Positions 9,267 to 20,129 of a DNA stretch of 64,000 nucleotides are shown piece by piece. Both the position numbers and the translations under genes were made by a program. The stretch is from contig CAVSDR010000003.1 in assembly GCA_963726745.1 (NCBI GenBank), forward strand, positions 1,056,001 through 1,120,000. Reading direction: 5' to 3'. Every line of letters starts with the position of its first letter. The stretch's first letter is position 1. This stretch comes from an uncultured Verrucomicrobiae bacterium. GTDB taxonomy: Bacteria > Verrucomicrobiota > Verrucomicrobiia > Chthoniobacterales > UBA10450. The notes under the pieces were generated by a model. That model searched no databases. It worked only from the letters and a program-made list of their open reading frames with translations, and was not told the origin of the DNA.

Positions 9267-10242
9267 CAGCCAAAAAACCGACCAGCTCCTGCGGCAAACG
9301 CGGCGGCATTTCCCGCTCATGGAGGCGGCCGAGGTGGAGATAACCCCGATCGAGAAAGGCGGGAGCGACCGGCGTTTTTATCGCGTGCGCACTGGCGGGG
9401 AGCAGTCGCTCATCCTGGTGAAATACCACCTCGAGCGCGGCGAGAACCGGCACTATGTGCAGATCGCGGAGTTTCTCGGGGCGCACGGAATTCGCGCGCC
9501 GAAAATCTATTTCCACGATGCCGCGGAAGGCTTGATCTGGATCGAGGATCTCGGTGCGAACGATCTCTGGACCTACCGCGGCGAGCCCTGGCCGGTGCGC
9601 CGGCAGCTCTACCAATCCGCCCTTGGCGAAGTCGCGAAATTGCATCGCCTTCCATTGACCGCAGCCGACCAATTGCGCCCGGATTTCCCGCAGGAATTCG
9701 ACGCCGCGCTTTACCACTGGGAGCAGCAATATTTCTTTGAGCATTGCCTGGGCCGGCGCTTCGGGCTGGACGAAACGGAGCGCGCGGAACTGGCCGCCTT
9801 GCCCGCGCTGGCCGCCATCGCCGAGCGGCTCGCGGCGCTTCCGCGCGTGCTGGTGCATCGCGATTTCCAATCGCAAAACCTCATCATCCGCGACGGCGAC
9901 GCCTGTTTGATCGACTTCCAAGGGATGCGTCCCGGCCTGGCGGAGTACGACCTGGCCTCGCTGCTCTACGATCCTTACGTCTCGTTAGGCGCGGAGGAGC
10001 GGGACGAGCTCTTCCGTTATTCCGGCACGCTGCATCCGGCCGACGAGGAAATCTTCCAGCTCTGCGCGATGCAGCGCTTGATGCAGGCGCTCGGCGCGTA
10101 TGGGAATCTGGGCCTGGTCAAGGGCAACCCCGCCTTTCTCGAGCACATCCCGCCGGCCCTGCGTTCGCTGCGGGCGGTCGTCGGCGAAATTGACGGCCTC
10201 GAGCCACTGCGGCTTGTGCTGGACGCTCTTCCCACCGAATAG
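9250..10242 (+). CDS. Aminoglycoside phosphotransferase family kinase (AmgK-like anomeric sugar kinase)
   Basis: GGSDRRFYR, EDLG, VHRDFQSQNL, IDFQG, YDLASLLYDPY, QRLMQALGAYG; paired with the MurU-like gene. Confidence 0.85.
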   Translation: MTPTSSSQKTDQLLRQTRRHFPLMEAAEVEITPIEKGGSDRRFYRVRTGGEQSLILVKYHLERGENRHYVQIAEFLGAHGIRAPKIYFHDAAEGLIWIEDLGANDLWTYRGEPWPVRRQLYQSALGEVAKLHRLPLTAADQLRPDFPQEFDAALYHWEQQYFFEHCLGRRFGLDETERAELAALPALAAIAERLAALPRVLVHRDFQSQNLIIRDGDACLIDFQGMRPGLAEYDLASLLYDPYVSLGAEERDELFRYSGTLHPADEEIFQLCAMQRLMQALGAYGNLGLVKGNPAFLEHIPPALRSLRAVVGEIDGLEPLRLVLDALPTE

Positions 10243-10288
10243 CCAGCGCTTTCTTCCGTCTGATCTCAGCGGACGGACAATCCCACAC

Positions 10289-10702
10289 ATGAAAAACCTG
10301 ACCCTTACGCTTTCGCTCACCCTGCTCGCTCTGGCTGGCGCCACGCCGCACGCCGCGGCTCAACGTTTCGACCGCCGGAGCGAAATCCCGGCGATCATTA
10401 ACGCCGGCCGCGAAGACCGGCAGGAACGCGGGGGCGATTGGCAGCGCCGCGCTCGTTTCGAGATTGTGCAACTCCAACGCGAAGTGCGGCAGGTCCGCCT
10501 TGAGATTGGCGATTCGCGCAATCGCAACCTCCGTGAGCGTTTCGGCCGGATCGTGCGCTCGGCCGATTATCTCGAAGCCGCCTACGAACGCGGACGCGTG
10601 CGCGGCTGGGAAGTGCGCCAACGTGCGGAAGCGCTCCGCAGCGAGCTCGACGGCATCCGCCGTGACTTGCGCGAACGCGGCCGCGGCCGGCGCGGACGTT
10701 AA
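10289..10702 (+). CDS. Hypothetical secreted Arg-rich helical protein
   Basis: MKNLTLTLSLTLLALAGATPHAAA signal peptide, then Arg/Glu-rich helical sequence. Confidence 0.7.
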   Translation: MKNLTLTLSLTLLALAGATPHAAAQRFDRRSEIPAIINAGREDRQERGGDWQRRARFEIVQLQREVRQVRLEIGDSRNRNLRERFGRIVRSADYLEAAYERGRVRGWEVRQRAEALRSELDGIRRDLRERGRGRRGR

Positions 10703-11313
10703 CGCACAAAGGGATTGCTCGCGCGCTCCCGGCCGATGGTGGTCGGTGGGCCGTGGCCGGCGAGGACGGTAAGGTCGTCGCCTAACGGGTAGAGCTTCGT
10801 GCGGATCCCGCGAAAGAGGAGATCGCCATCGCCGCCCGGCAGATCCCAGCGCCCCACGCCGCCGGCGAAAAGGACGTCGCCGCCGACGACTAATTGGTCT
10901 TCCCGCGAGACGAAGCAAAGGCTGCCGGGCGAATGGCCGGGCACTTCAAGCACTTCGAATGGCTTGTCGAGGAACTCGCGGCTCGACGTTTCTTCAATGA
11001 GGAAGTCGGGCTCAGCTGGCTCAATCTCCAAGGCAAAGCCGAATTTGCGGAAGAATTCCGGATCGGAAATCATCGGCGCGCAGTCCGCATGGCAGCCGAT
11101 CGGGCAACCAAAGCGCTGTTTAATTTTCGCCACGTCGGGCACGTGATCGAAGTGGCCGTGGGTCAGGAGCAGGAGCTTCGGGGCAAAGCCCTGCGCCTCC
11201 AGCCAGGCGCAGGCGCCGTCGGGCGCGTCGAAGAGGATGTCGCCCTCGGGCGCATGCAGGAGGTAGCAATTGGTCTCAAAGACTCCGCCGCAAAAGGTCT
11301 CGTAGTTGCTCAT
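10699..11313 (-). CDS. MBL-fold metallo-hydrolase (glyoxalase II / YcbL-like)
   Basis: ETNCY, THGHFDH, PGHSPGS, GDVLFAGGVGRWDLPGGD, GHGPPTTIGRE..NPF. Confidence 0.9.
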   Translation of the reverse strand: MSNYETFCGGVFETNCYLLHAPEGDILFDAPDGACAWLEAQGFAPKLLLLTHGHFDHVPDVAKIKQRFGCPIGCHADCAPMISDPEFFRKFGFALEIEPAEPDFLIEETSSREFLDKPFEVLEVPGHSPGSLCFVSREDQLVVGGDVLFAGGVGRWDLPGGDGDLLFRGIRTKLYPLGDDLTVLAGHGPPTTIGRERASNPFVR

Positions 11314-11468
11314 AAGTGGAGTTTCCCGTGCGGATCAGTTTTTCAGCAAAATGTTTTGAATCTTCCCAAGGGTCGGGTGTCTCAAGTGCTACACCCTTGG
11401 CGCCCGGCGCCATATGTTGCGCAGAATATTGAACTCTGCGACCATACGAACTCCGCATCTCTTACAGA

Positions 11469-13654
11469 ATGAAGCTCCCACTCCGTCGGTCGCTCGCTTT
11501 CGCCGCCCTCCTGCTCCCGCTGGTGGCCATCCCATCGCTCCAGGCGAGGTCCGATCTCGAGCAGGTCGAGGTTTCCGTCGGTCGTCTCCTCGAGGAAGGA
11601 CATTACACCCATCAACCGCTAAACGATGAGGTCTCGAAGAAATTCCTCAAGACTTACCTGGAGCTGCTCGATTTCAGCCACCTCTTTTTTACCCAGCAAG
11701 ATGTCGATGCGTTGACCGCGAAATACGGCACCTCGCTCGATGACGATATTCTCCTGGGAAACCTCAAGCCGGCCTACGAAATCTACGAGCTTTACCAGAA
11801 GCGCGTGGATGACCGCGTGGCCTGGGTGAAGGAGTCGCTCAAGAATCCGCCGAAGGAATTCAAGGGCGACGCAACGATTGAACTGAGCCGGCAAAAAGCG
11901 CCCTGGCCGAAAGATGCGGCGCCGACGCCGACGGGATTTGGACTGCGCGGATCAATAATGAGCTTCTCCAGGAGAAACTGAGCGAGCATCCGATCGAGCC
12001 CGGCCCGCAGTTGATCGCCCGCCGTTACGAGCGCCTCCAGCGCAACGTCCACGAGGAAGACCAACCGGAGCAGGTGAAGCTCTTCCTGGCGGCGCTCGCG
12101 CAAACCTACGACCCGCACTCGGAATACCTGAGCAAGGCCGACCTGAAGAACTTCAGCATTAACATGGGCCTCTCGCTGGTCGGCATCGGCGCGATGCTCC
12201 GCACGGAAGACGGCTACGCCAAGATCGAGAGCCTCGTTCCCGGCGGCCCGGCGCAGCGTCATGGTGGGATAAAAGTAGGCGACCGGATCACCGCAGTGGC
12301 GCAAGGCCCGGCGGACTTCGCCGATGTGCGTGACATGCGGCTGGACAAGGTCGTGGAAATGATTCGCGGCAAGAAAGGCACAAAAGTGCGCCTGCTCCTC
12401 ATTCCCTCGGATGCGGCCGATCCTTCGAAGCGCAAAACGATCGAGCTGGTGCGCGACGAAATTAAGCTGAAAGACCAGGAAGCGCGCGCGGACATCATCA
12501 TCAAGAAAGACCGCAACGGCGATCCGGTGAAGCTCGGCTGGATTACGCTCCCGTCGTTCTACGCCGACATGGAGCGCCACCAGAAGAGCACCACCAAGGA
12601 CGTGCTCGCGCTTTTGAATCGCCTCAAGAAAGAGAAGATCGGCGGCCTCGTGATCGATCTCCGGCGCAATGGCGGCGGCTCGCTCGAGGAAGCGATTTCG
12701 CTTACCGGCTTGTTCCTGAAGTCCGGCCCGATCGTCCAGACGAAAGGCTCCAACGGGAACATCGTCGTCTCGAGTGATCCCGATCCGGGCGTGGCCTACA
12801 CGGGTCCGTTGGTTGTCCTGACCAGCCGGCAAAGTGCCAGCGCGAGCGAAATTTTCGCCGCGGCGCTGCAGGATTACGGCCGCGCGCTCATCGTGGGCGA
12901 CAAGAACACCTTCGGCAAAGGGACCGTCCAGACCATCCTTGAGATCGGCCGTTTCACTTCGCTTTTAGGCAGCGCCTCGAAGGAAGACGGCGCGCTCAAG
13001 CTCACCATCCAAAAGTTCTACCGCGTCGCCGGCGGCTCCACGCAGCTCAACGGCGTCGCTTCCGATATCGTCCTGCCGTCGCTCACCGACCTCCCGGAGT
13101 TCGGCGAAGGCTCACTCAAAAACGCGCTCCCGTATGATGAAGTGCCGAAGGCGCGCTTCTCCATGTGGTCCGAGCCGCCGACAGTTTACCTCGATGAACT
13201 TAAGCGCCGCTCGAACGGTCGCATCCAGGAGAACCCGGAGTTTCATTACGTCATGGAAGACATGGAGCGGTTGCGGAAGAAGATCGATGAGAACCGCATC
13301 TCCTTGAACGAGGACCTTCGCCGCTCCGAGCTGAACGAAGACAAGGAGCGCAAGGAAGCGCGCTCAAAAGATCGTCTGGCGCGCGCGAACGATGACACCA
13401 AGACCTACCGGATCACGCTCGATAACGTCGACAAGCCGAACCTGCAGCTCGTGACCTTGCCGGCAAAAACCGCCGATGCCAAGAAGAGCACAACTGCCCC
13501 GGAAGTCGCAGACGACCCGGATAGCGAGCTCACTGGCAGCGACGGCAAAGACCCCGCGCTCGATCCGACGCGCGACGAGGCTTTGAACATCGTAGCCGAC
13601 ATCGTCGATCTCAGCGCCGGTCCGAAAACTGCGAGCGTGGCCCCGGCAAAGTAA
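11469..13654 (+). CDS. prc: Carboxy-terminal processing (tail-specific) protease, S41 family; apparent frameshift near 11920
   Basis: Two track ORFs join; YDPHSEY, PDZ (GIGAML...PGGPA), IDLRRNGGGSL, SASASEIFAAALQDYGR, TFGKGTVQ, KLTIQKFYR. Confidence 0.9.
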
Positions 13655-13708
13655 CTTTTGCTCGAGCAAGCTTCCCAAGCTCGCGGGATGTTGTTTAACT
13701 ACCGCGGC

Positions 13709-16537
13709 ATGAGGTGTCTGGTTCTACGCGGGGTGCAAGTGGCGCTGGCCCTGTTGCTTGTCGCGACTGCTCACGCGCAGCAGCCCGCGCCGCCGGAGGG
13801 TGGCGGGCTCCCGGAACTCTACGCCCAGGGCATGGCCGCGTTCCAAAACGGCGACTTTGCCGGCGCCGCGGGCCAACTCGAGGCGCTCATCGGCAAGGCG
13901 GAATTTTCCCCGCAACTGGAGCCGGTTTTTTTCACCATCGGCTCGGCCTGGTTCAACGCCGGAAACTACCCGAAGGCCATCGCCGCCTTCAACACCTACC
14001 GGCAAAAATTCCCCGCCGGCCCGCATAACGGCGACGCCATTTACGGGCTCGCGCAGGCCAATTTGCTGTCTAAAAACTTCGCCGAAGCCGCGCAGCTCTT
14101 CGCCGCCCTCGAAAGCGACCCAAAACTTCGCGAGCAAGCCCTCCTCGCCCAGGCGACCGCGCTCAAGGAAACCGGGAAAGTCGACCAGGCGATCGCCGCC
14201 CTCGAGAAACTAACCGCAGGTGAAATTCGCACCGCGCAGGGCGCGCGCGGCCTCATGCTCCTGGCCCAGACTTATGCGCAAAAAGGCGCGGCCGATAAGG
14301 CAGTCAAAACCCTCACCCGCCTGCATGCACAAGTGCGGCTGGTGGATAATTTGATTGAGCTCAACGGCATGACCATCGAGCTCGGCGACCAGCTCTTTAA
14401 GAAGAAAGAGTTCGTCGACGCGCTCGCGGCTTACCGCTCCGCTTACCCGCGCGAGCAGGTAATAAAAATGCAGCAGGAACGGATCGCCGCGATGACCCAG
14501 GCGATCGAGGATAACCGCAACGCCGCGCGCGCCGATCCCACGCAGGTCGCAAACCTGGGCACCGTGATCAACCAACTGAAGGCCGATATCACCCGCGCCC
14601 AGGAGTTACTCGCGGCCTTCGAGAAATTACCCGACATCACGCCAGCCATCTATATCCGGATGGCAAGTTCCTTCTACGAGACAGACAAGAAGTGGGAAGC
14701 TATCGTGGTCTACCAGGAATTGCTCGACCGCTACCCAAAGGCGCCGGAACGCGAAACCGCGCTTTTCGGCATCATCGTTTCCCTGGCCGAAGTGAACCAA
14801 GGCGAACGTGCGGTCGCGCGTTGCGAGGAATATCTGCGCGATTTCAAGACCGGACCGAACGCGGAAACGGTCGGCTATTTACTCGGTGCGGTCGCCCTGC
14901 AGGCAAACGATCCGCAAAAGGCCGAGACTTACTTCGGGCGTATGCTCGAGACGCAACCAAAAAGCAATTTCCGCGAGCAAATGCGCTACTTGTTAGGTAA
15001 CGCCAAGTTTATGGCCGGGAAGCACGAGGAAGCGATTGCGGAATATCAGAAGTATCTTAAGGAATACCCCAAAGGCCAGAACGTCGAAGACGTCACCTAC
15101 CGCATGGCCTTGACCTCGGTTTTCGCGGGGAAATACGAAGAGGGCATCCAGAAGCTTAACGATTACCTCAAGCAGTATCCGCAAGGCATTTTCGTGAGCG
15201 ACGCACGCTACCGTCTTGCTGTCTGTTACTACGCCGCCTCGCAATACGATCAGGTGATCAACGACTGCAAAGCCTGGGAGCGCGACTTCGAAAAGAACCA
15301 GCAACTTGGCGAAGTGCTCGCGCTCCTGGCCGACTCCTATGCCGCCACGGGCCGCGACCAGCTGGCGATCGACGAATACATTCGCTCCTACAAAAGCGCC
15401 ACCACCGACGAGGTGATGAACTACTCGCTTTTCGCCGCGAGCAAGCTCCTGCAAAAGCAGGGCGAGTGGAACCGGGTGAGCGACCTTTTCGCAGAGTTCA
15501 TCAAGGAGCGCCCGGATCATCCCACCGTGATCACCGCGCTTTACTGGATCGGAAAAGCCAAGGCGCGTGAGGGCCAGGTGGACGAAGCCAAGAAGATCAC
15601 CGCCGACACGATCAAGAAATACATCGGCAATCCGCAGCGCGAAGCAGTGGAGCTTCTCCTCACGCAACTGGCGCAGCTCTCGGTAAAGAAGAAGCCGGCG
15701 GTGGCGGAAGGCGAGACTACACCCGCGCCACCAGCGGTCGATCCCGGCGCGGAGCTCGAACAATTACTGGGCGACAGCGCGGGCGACACCTCGCCCACGA
15801 CCAAGGCGCGCATCCTTTTTGCCAAAGCCGAGTTGGCCCGTCTCCGCCGACAGCCTGCGGAGGAAGAGAAGAACATCGCCTTGATCGCGACGACCGCGAA
15901 GCCGGAAGAGTTAAGTCCGATACTCCTGGGACGCGCGGGAGATTATCTCGTCGGCAAAGGCAAACTCGACGAAGCCAAGCCATTCTTCGATCGGCTGATG
16001 GAGGAATACCCTAAAAGCGAGAACATCGACTTTGCCTACAATGGGCTGGGTGAAATCGCACTGCTGAAGAAGGATTACCCGAAAGCTTTGCGCTACTTTA
16101 CCGACGGAAGCGAAAAAGTGGTCGCGATCCAGAAGATGAAGGATCTAACCATCGGCAAAGCCAAGACGCTTCTGGCGATGGACCGGCTGGTGGAGGCGAA
16201 GAAAGTCTTCGAACAAATCGCTTCCGTGCGCGACTGGCGCGGCGAGGCCACGGCTTTCAGCGTTTACTCGTTAGGGGACATCGAAGCGCGCCAAGGTCAC
16301 TGGGCGGAGGCGAATGCTTACTTCCAGCGGGTTTTTGTCGGTTACCGGAAATACCTTCCCTGGGTCGCGAAAGCTTATCTAAGGAGCGCGGAGAGTTTCG
16401 AGAAACTGGGCAAGCCGCAGGAAGCAGCCAATACCTACCGCGAGCTGGTCCGTTTGTCGGAAGACAAGAAGGAGCTGCAAGGCTTTGCCGAGACTTTGGA
16501 AGCGCGGAAGAAACTGGAGGCCATGGGACAAGGATGA
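13709..16537 (+). CDS. Large secreted tetratricopeptide-repeat protein
   Basis: Signal peptide ending ATAHA; many TPR-like units (AIAAFNTYRQKFP, YQELLDRYP, YQKYLKEYP, YLKQYP). Confidence 0.85.
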   Translation: MRCLVLRGVQVALALLLVATAHAQQPAPPEGGGLPELYAQGMAAFQNGDFAGAAGQLEALIGKAEFSPQLEPVFFTIGSAWFNAGNYPKAIAAFNTYRQKFPAGPHNGDAIYGLAQANLLSKNFAEAAQLFAALESDPKLREQALLAQATALKETGKVDQAIAALEKLTAGEIRTAQGARGLMLLAQTYAQKGAADKAVKTLTRLHAQVRLVDNLIELNGMTIELGDQLFKKKEFVDALAAYRSAYPREQVIKMQQERIAAMTQAIEDNRNAARADPTQVANLGTVINQLKADITRAQELLAAFEKLPDITPAIYIRMASSFYETDKKWEAIVVYQELLDRYPKAPERETALFGIIVSLAEVNQGERAVARCEEYLRDFKTGPNAETVGYLLGAVALQANDPQKAETYFGRMLETQPKSNFREQMRYLLGNAKFMAGKHEEAIAEYQKYLKEYPKGQNVEDVTYRMALTSVFAGKYEEGIQKLNDYLKQYPQGIFVSDARYRLAVCYYAASQYDQVINDCKAWERDFEKNQQLGEVLALLADSYAATGRDQLAIDEYIRSYKSATTDEVMNYSLFAASKLLQKQGEWNRVSDLFAEFIKERPDHPTVITALYWIGKAKAREGQVDEAKKITADTIKKYIGNPQREAVELLLTQLAQLSVKKKPAVAEGETTPAPPAVDPGAELEQLLGDSAGDTSPTTKARILFAKAELARLRRQPAEEEKNIALIATTAKPEELSPILLGRAGDYLVGKGKLDEAKPFFDRLMEEYPKSENIDFAYNGLGEIALLKKDYPKALRYFTDGSEKVVAIQKMKDLTIGKAKTLLAMDRLVEAKKVFEQIASVRDWRGEATAFSVYSLGDIEARQGHWAEANAYFQRVFVGYRKYLPWVAKAYLRSAESFEKLGKPQEAANTYRELVRLSEDKKELQGFAETLEARKKLEAMGQG

Positions 16538-17343
16538 AGCGCGCTGCTTATTGTCTCCTGCTCCTTGGCCTAGCCGGAAGCGCACACGCGCAGACGATTT
16601 TGCTGAAGAACGGCCAGCGGATCGAAACCAAAGGGGTGCGGCGTGCGGGCGACTTGATCATGGGGAAGATCGAGGTCGCCGGTCGCGCGGGTGAAGTCGG
16701 CCAGCCGCTGAATGCGATCGCCAAGATCGAGTTTCCGGAGCCGAACGGGCTCACGGCCGCGGGTGAGTTCCTGGTGCAGGGACAGCCGGAGAAAGCGCTC
16801 GCGGAGGTCAATCCCGTGGTCGCCTTTTACGAACCTTTCCGCGACGTGCCCGGGAGTTGGTGGGCGCCGGCGGCGGTGATCAAAGTGTCGGCTCTGGCCG
16901 CGCTCGGCCGCGAAGGCGAAGCGGAAACGCTGGCGCAGCAGATCCAGAAAAGCTCGACCGACCCCGAGACCGCGCGCGCGGCCAGCCTGCGTATTGCCAA
17001 TTCCTTTGTGCGCAAACAGGAGTTCGAGAAAGCGCTGGCTATTTGCGAGACCGCGATCAAGGAAAGCGCGCGCGACGAGGTGCTGGCCGATGCCTGGGTG
17101 ACCAAGGGACAGATCCTGCTCGCGCAGCGCAACTGGGACGGCGCGCTCCTCGCCTTTCTCCACGTCCCCGTCTTTTACCAGGAGGAGAAACTCCTCATGC
17201 CGGCGGCCTTGCTCGGCAGCGCGCGGGCTTATCGGCGTCTCGACGACATCGACAGGGCCAAGAAATCGCTGCAAGATTTAATCAGCACCTTCCCAAAGTC
17301 GGCGGAAGCCGCCACCGCCAAGACCGAACTGGAAAAACTTTAG
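16534..17343 (+). CDS. Secreted TPR protein (CpoB/YbgF-like C-terminus)
   Basis: Signal peptide; TILLKNGQRI small beta domain; ALLAFLHVPVFY; LQDLISTFPKSAEA; ATGA overlap with upstream gene. Confidence 0.8.
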   Translation: MKRAAYCLLLLGLAGSAHAQTILLKNGQRIETKGVRRAGDLIMGKIEVAGRAGEVGQPLNAIAKIEFPEPNGLTAAGEFLVQGQPEKALAEVNPVVAFYEPFRDVPGSWWAPAAVIKVSALAALGREGEAETLAQQIQKSSTDPETARAASLRIANSFVRKQEFEKALAICETAIKESARDEVLADAWVTKGQILLAQRNWDGALLAFLHVPVFYQEEKLLMPAALLGSARAYRRLDDIDRAKKSLQDLISTFPKSAEAATAKTELEKL

Positions 17344-17365
17344 CCGACACCAACGCCACCGCCTT

Positions 17366-18226
17366 ATGACCAGAAAATCCTTATCCATCGCTGCGCTCGT
17401 CCTGTTGACTCCGTTTCTTGCGGTCCCGGCGACTTACGCGCAAGCCGCCTCACCGGCCGCGTCGCCCGCCGAAACGATTCACTCCAAGACCCTCTGGGAG
17501 CAGATCAAGGAAGGCGGCTGGGTCATGTTCCCCATCGGCCTTTGTTCAGTAGCCACGCTTTACTTGATCGGAGACGGCTTCCTGCGCACCTCCCGCAAGC
17601 GCGTTTCGCCGGAAGCGCACGAGCAAAGCGTGAAGTCGCTTTTCCGCCAAGGCGACTACGTGGGTGCCTTTAATTTCTGCAAAGAAAATCCCTCTCCGCT
17701 GACCAACGTCCTCCGCGTGGGCGTCGGCTTGCTCGGCGAAGGCAAGCAGGTGGCCGAGGAAGGCATGATGGGTGAGCTGGCGAAGGAGAATTCCCGCATG
17801 CAGACCTACATTAGCTACCTTTCCGTTATCGGTGTGACGACGCCGATGATCGGTCTCTTGGGCACGGTCACGGGCATGATCAAAGCGTTCGCTAAACTAG
17901 GATCGTCCGGCATTGGCGATCCCTCGGGTCTGTCTGCGGCTATCGGCGAGGTGCTGGTGGCGACGGCCTCCGGCCTGGTGATCGCGATCCCGGCCTTCGG
18001 CGCGTTCTACTTCCTGCGCAACCGCGCGGCCGCTTCGCTGCACCACATCCAGGACGTGATCAATAGCGCCTTCCGCAAGATGCCTTACGAGTCGCTCGCC
18101 GGGGTTCACTTGGGCGACGAAGAACTTTACGCGGCGATCCCGAACTGGCTGGTGCAACCCGCCGAGGGCGGCGGAACCACCGGCCGCATTCCCACTGGGA
18201 CAACGCAGCAGATTGCCGGCGCCTAG
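17366..18226 (+). CDS. MotA/TolQ/ExbB proton channel family protein
   Basis: GGWVMFPI, PMIGLLGTVTGMIKAF, IGEVLVATASGLVIAIPA. Confidence 0.92.
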   Translation: MTRKSLSIAALVLLTPFLAVPATYAQAASPAASPAETIHSKTLWEQIKEGGWVMFPIGLCSVATLYLIGDGFLRTSRKRVSPEAHEQSVKSLFRQGDYVGAFNFCKENPSPLTNVLRVGVGLLGEGKQVAEEGMMGELAKENSRMQTYISYLSVIGVTTPMIGLLGTVTGMIKAFAKLGSSGIGDPSGLSAAIGEVLVATASGLVIAIPAFGAFYFLRNRAAASLHHIQDVINSAFRKMPYESLAGVHLGDEELYAAIPNWLVQPAEGGGTTGRIPTGTTQQIAGA

Positions 18227-18244
18227 CCGGACGGGAAGCAATCC

Positions 18245-18706
18245 ATGGCTGGCGGCGGAGGAGGAACGGAGCAAGGCGAACCTGAATTCCAGGTCGCGCC
18301 GATGATCGACGTGTTGCTGGTTATCTTGGTCTTCTTTATGACCATTACCTCGACCCAAGTTTTGAAGGTCGACAAAACAATTAACCTACCGATCGCGAAG
18401 AATGCGCTGAAGAAGGATAACTCCCGCTCTGAGGCGATGGTCAACGTGCGTTGGCGGCCGAGCGACAAGAAGGCGGAATTTGTCTTTGATGACCGCGTCT
18501 ACAAAAGCGGCACGGAGCTGGTCGAACCTTTGAAGAACGCCAAGATCACAGGAGAGAAGAAAGTGTCTGCCGGGAGCAATCCTACTTTCCGCGCCGTCAT
18601 CCGCGGCGACCGCGAGGTGCCCGCGCTCTTCGTTTCGCAGGCGATGAATGCTTGTGCGGAAGCAGGGATTACCGACATCTCCTTCTCGGCGGTGAACAAG
18701 GACTAA
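18245..18706 (+). CDS. ExbD/TolR family protein
   Basis: APMIDVLLVILVFFM transmembrane segment with conserved Asp; VIRGDR...AGITDISF. Confidence 0.9.
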   Translation: MAGGGGGTEQGEPEFQVAPMIDVLLVILVFFMTITSTQVLKVDKTINLPIAKNALKKDNSRSEAMVNVRWRPSDKKAEFVFDDRVYKSGTELVEPLKNAKITGEKKVSAGSNPTFRAVIRGDREVPALFVSQAMNACAEAGITDISFSAVNKD

Positions 18707-18709
18707 GCA

Positions 18710-19153
18710 ATGCGCCTGGAACTTCATCAAAACGAAGGCAACGCCAGCTTCCAGATCGCGCCGATGATCGACGTCGTCTTCGTGATCATGCTCTTTTTCA
18801 TGGTCATGGCCGGCGCGGTCAAAGTGGAGAACGAGCTGAACACGCAGCTCCCCGGCACCGCCGAGACCTCGAGCTCGACCGACTTTGTCGACGAGCAAAT
18901 CATCACCATTTCCGACATTGGCGAGGTAAGCCTGAACGATGAGCCGTTTGACTCGAAGGACAGCAAGGACCTGCCGATGCTGAAAGGCACGCTCATGCGC
19001 CTGAAGCAGAACGCCGATGCCGCCAAGACGCCGGCCGTGGTCACGATCGTGAGCGACGAGCAGGCCAAGTATAGCCGCACGGTCGACGTGCTCGACGCGC
19101 TCGCGGTGGCGAAGATCGACAACGTCACCTTCACCGTCTCCGAGGAAGAATAA
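18710..19153 (+). CDS. ExbD/TolR family protein (second paralogue)
   Basis: APMIDVVFVIMLFFMV; IVSDEQAKYSRTVDVLD. Confidence 0.9.
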   Translation: MRLELHQNEGNASFQIAPMIDVVFVIMLFFMVMAGAVKVENELNTQLPGTAETSSSTDFVDEQIITISDIGEVSLNDEPFDSKDSKDLPMLKGTLMRLKQNADAAKTPAVVTIVSDEQAKYSRTVDVLDALAVAKIDNVTFTVSEEE

Positions 19154-19223
19154 GCGCCCTCAGCGGGTTGCATTTCCGCAACCGGGCGGGCGCAGCCTGC
19201 GGGTCACGCGCGAATCAGAGCGA

Positions 19224-20129
19224 ATGATTAGCGTAATCCTGAACCAGGCGGCGGGCAGCGTGGGCGAAGATTTAGCCGCCAAGGTGCGGCAGGAGTTTGC
19301 CGCCGCCGGGCTGGAGGTGGAGGTGCGGCACCCGGAGGAGGGAGAGGATTTGGTCTCGTTAGGCAAACGCGCCGCGCAGGGAAACGAAGACTTGGTTGTG
19401 GCTGGCGGGGGCGACGGGACAATCAGCGCCATCGCCGGCACCCTGGTCGATACCGGAAAAACGCTCGGGGTGCTGCCGCTGGGCACGCTGAATCACTTTG
19501 CGAAAGACCTCGGGATTCCGCTGGAGCTGCCCGCGGCGGTCGCGGCCATCGTGCACGGTCGCACCATGGAGGTGGACGTGGGCGAGGTCAGCGGGCGGGT
19601 CTTCATCAACAACAGCAGCCTCGGCCTTTACCCGCGCATCGTGGCCACGCGCGAGGCCCAGCAGGAGCGGCTGTCGCGCAGCAAGTGGACCGCCTTTGCC
19701 TGGTCGACGCTCCGGACCTTCCGGCGTTTCCCCTTCCTCCAGCTGCGCCTGACGGTGAATGGAAAACAACTCGTTAGGCGGACGGCGTTCCTCTTCGTGG
19801 GGAACAATGAATACGAAATCGACGGCTTCAATTTGGGCGCGCGCAGCTGCCTGGATGCCGGGAACCTGGGTCTTTACCTGACACCGCGAACTGGACGGCT
19901 GGGATTATTTCTCCTCGGCCTGCGGGCGCTGTTCGGCCGGGTCCGGCAGGCAAAGGATTTTGAAGCTTTCTGCGTCGATGAAGTGACGATTGAATCGCAT
20001 AAGCCGAAGCTGCTGGTCGCGACTGACGGTGAGGTGGGAATGATGGAGACGCCGCTCCGGTATCGCATTCGGCCGGGCGCCTTGCGGGTGAAAGTGCCGG
20101 CTAAAAACGACGCCCCGGCGGATAAATAA
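19224..20129 (+). CDS. Diacylglycerol kinase family lipid kinase
   Basis: VAGGGDGTI, LPLGTLNHFAKDLGIP, TDGE motifs. Confidence 0.9.
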   Translation: MISVILNQAAGSVGEDLAAKVRQEFAAAGLEVEVRHPEEGEDLVSLGKRAAQGNEDLVVAGGGDGTISAIAGTLVDTGKTLGVLPLGTLNHFAKDLGIPLELPAAVAAIVHGRTMEVDVGEVSGRVFINNSSLGLYPRIVATREAQQERLSRSKWTAFAWSTLRTFRRFPFLQLRLTVNGKQLVRRTAFLFVGNNEYEIDGFNLGARSCLDAGNLGLYLTPRTGRLGLFLLGLRALFGRVRQAKDFEAFCVDEVTIESHKPKLLVATDGEVGMMETPLRYRIRPGALRVKVPAKNDAPADK

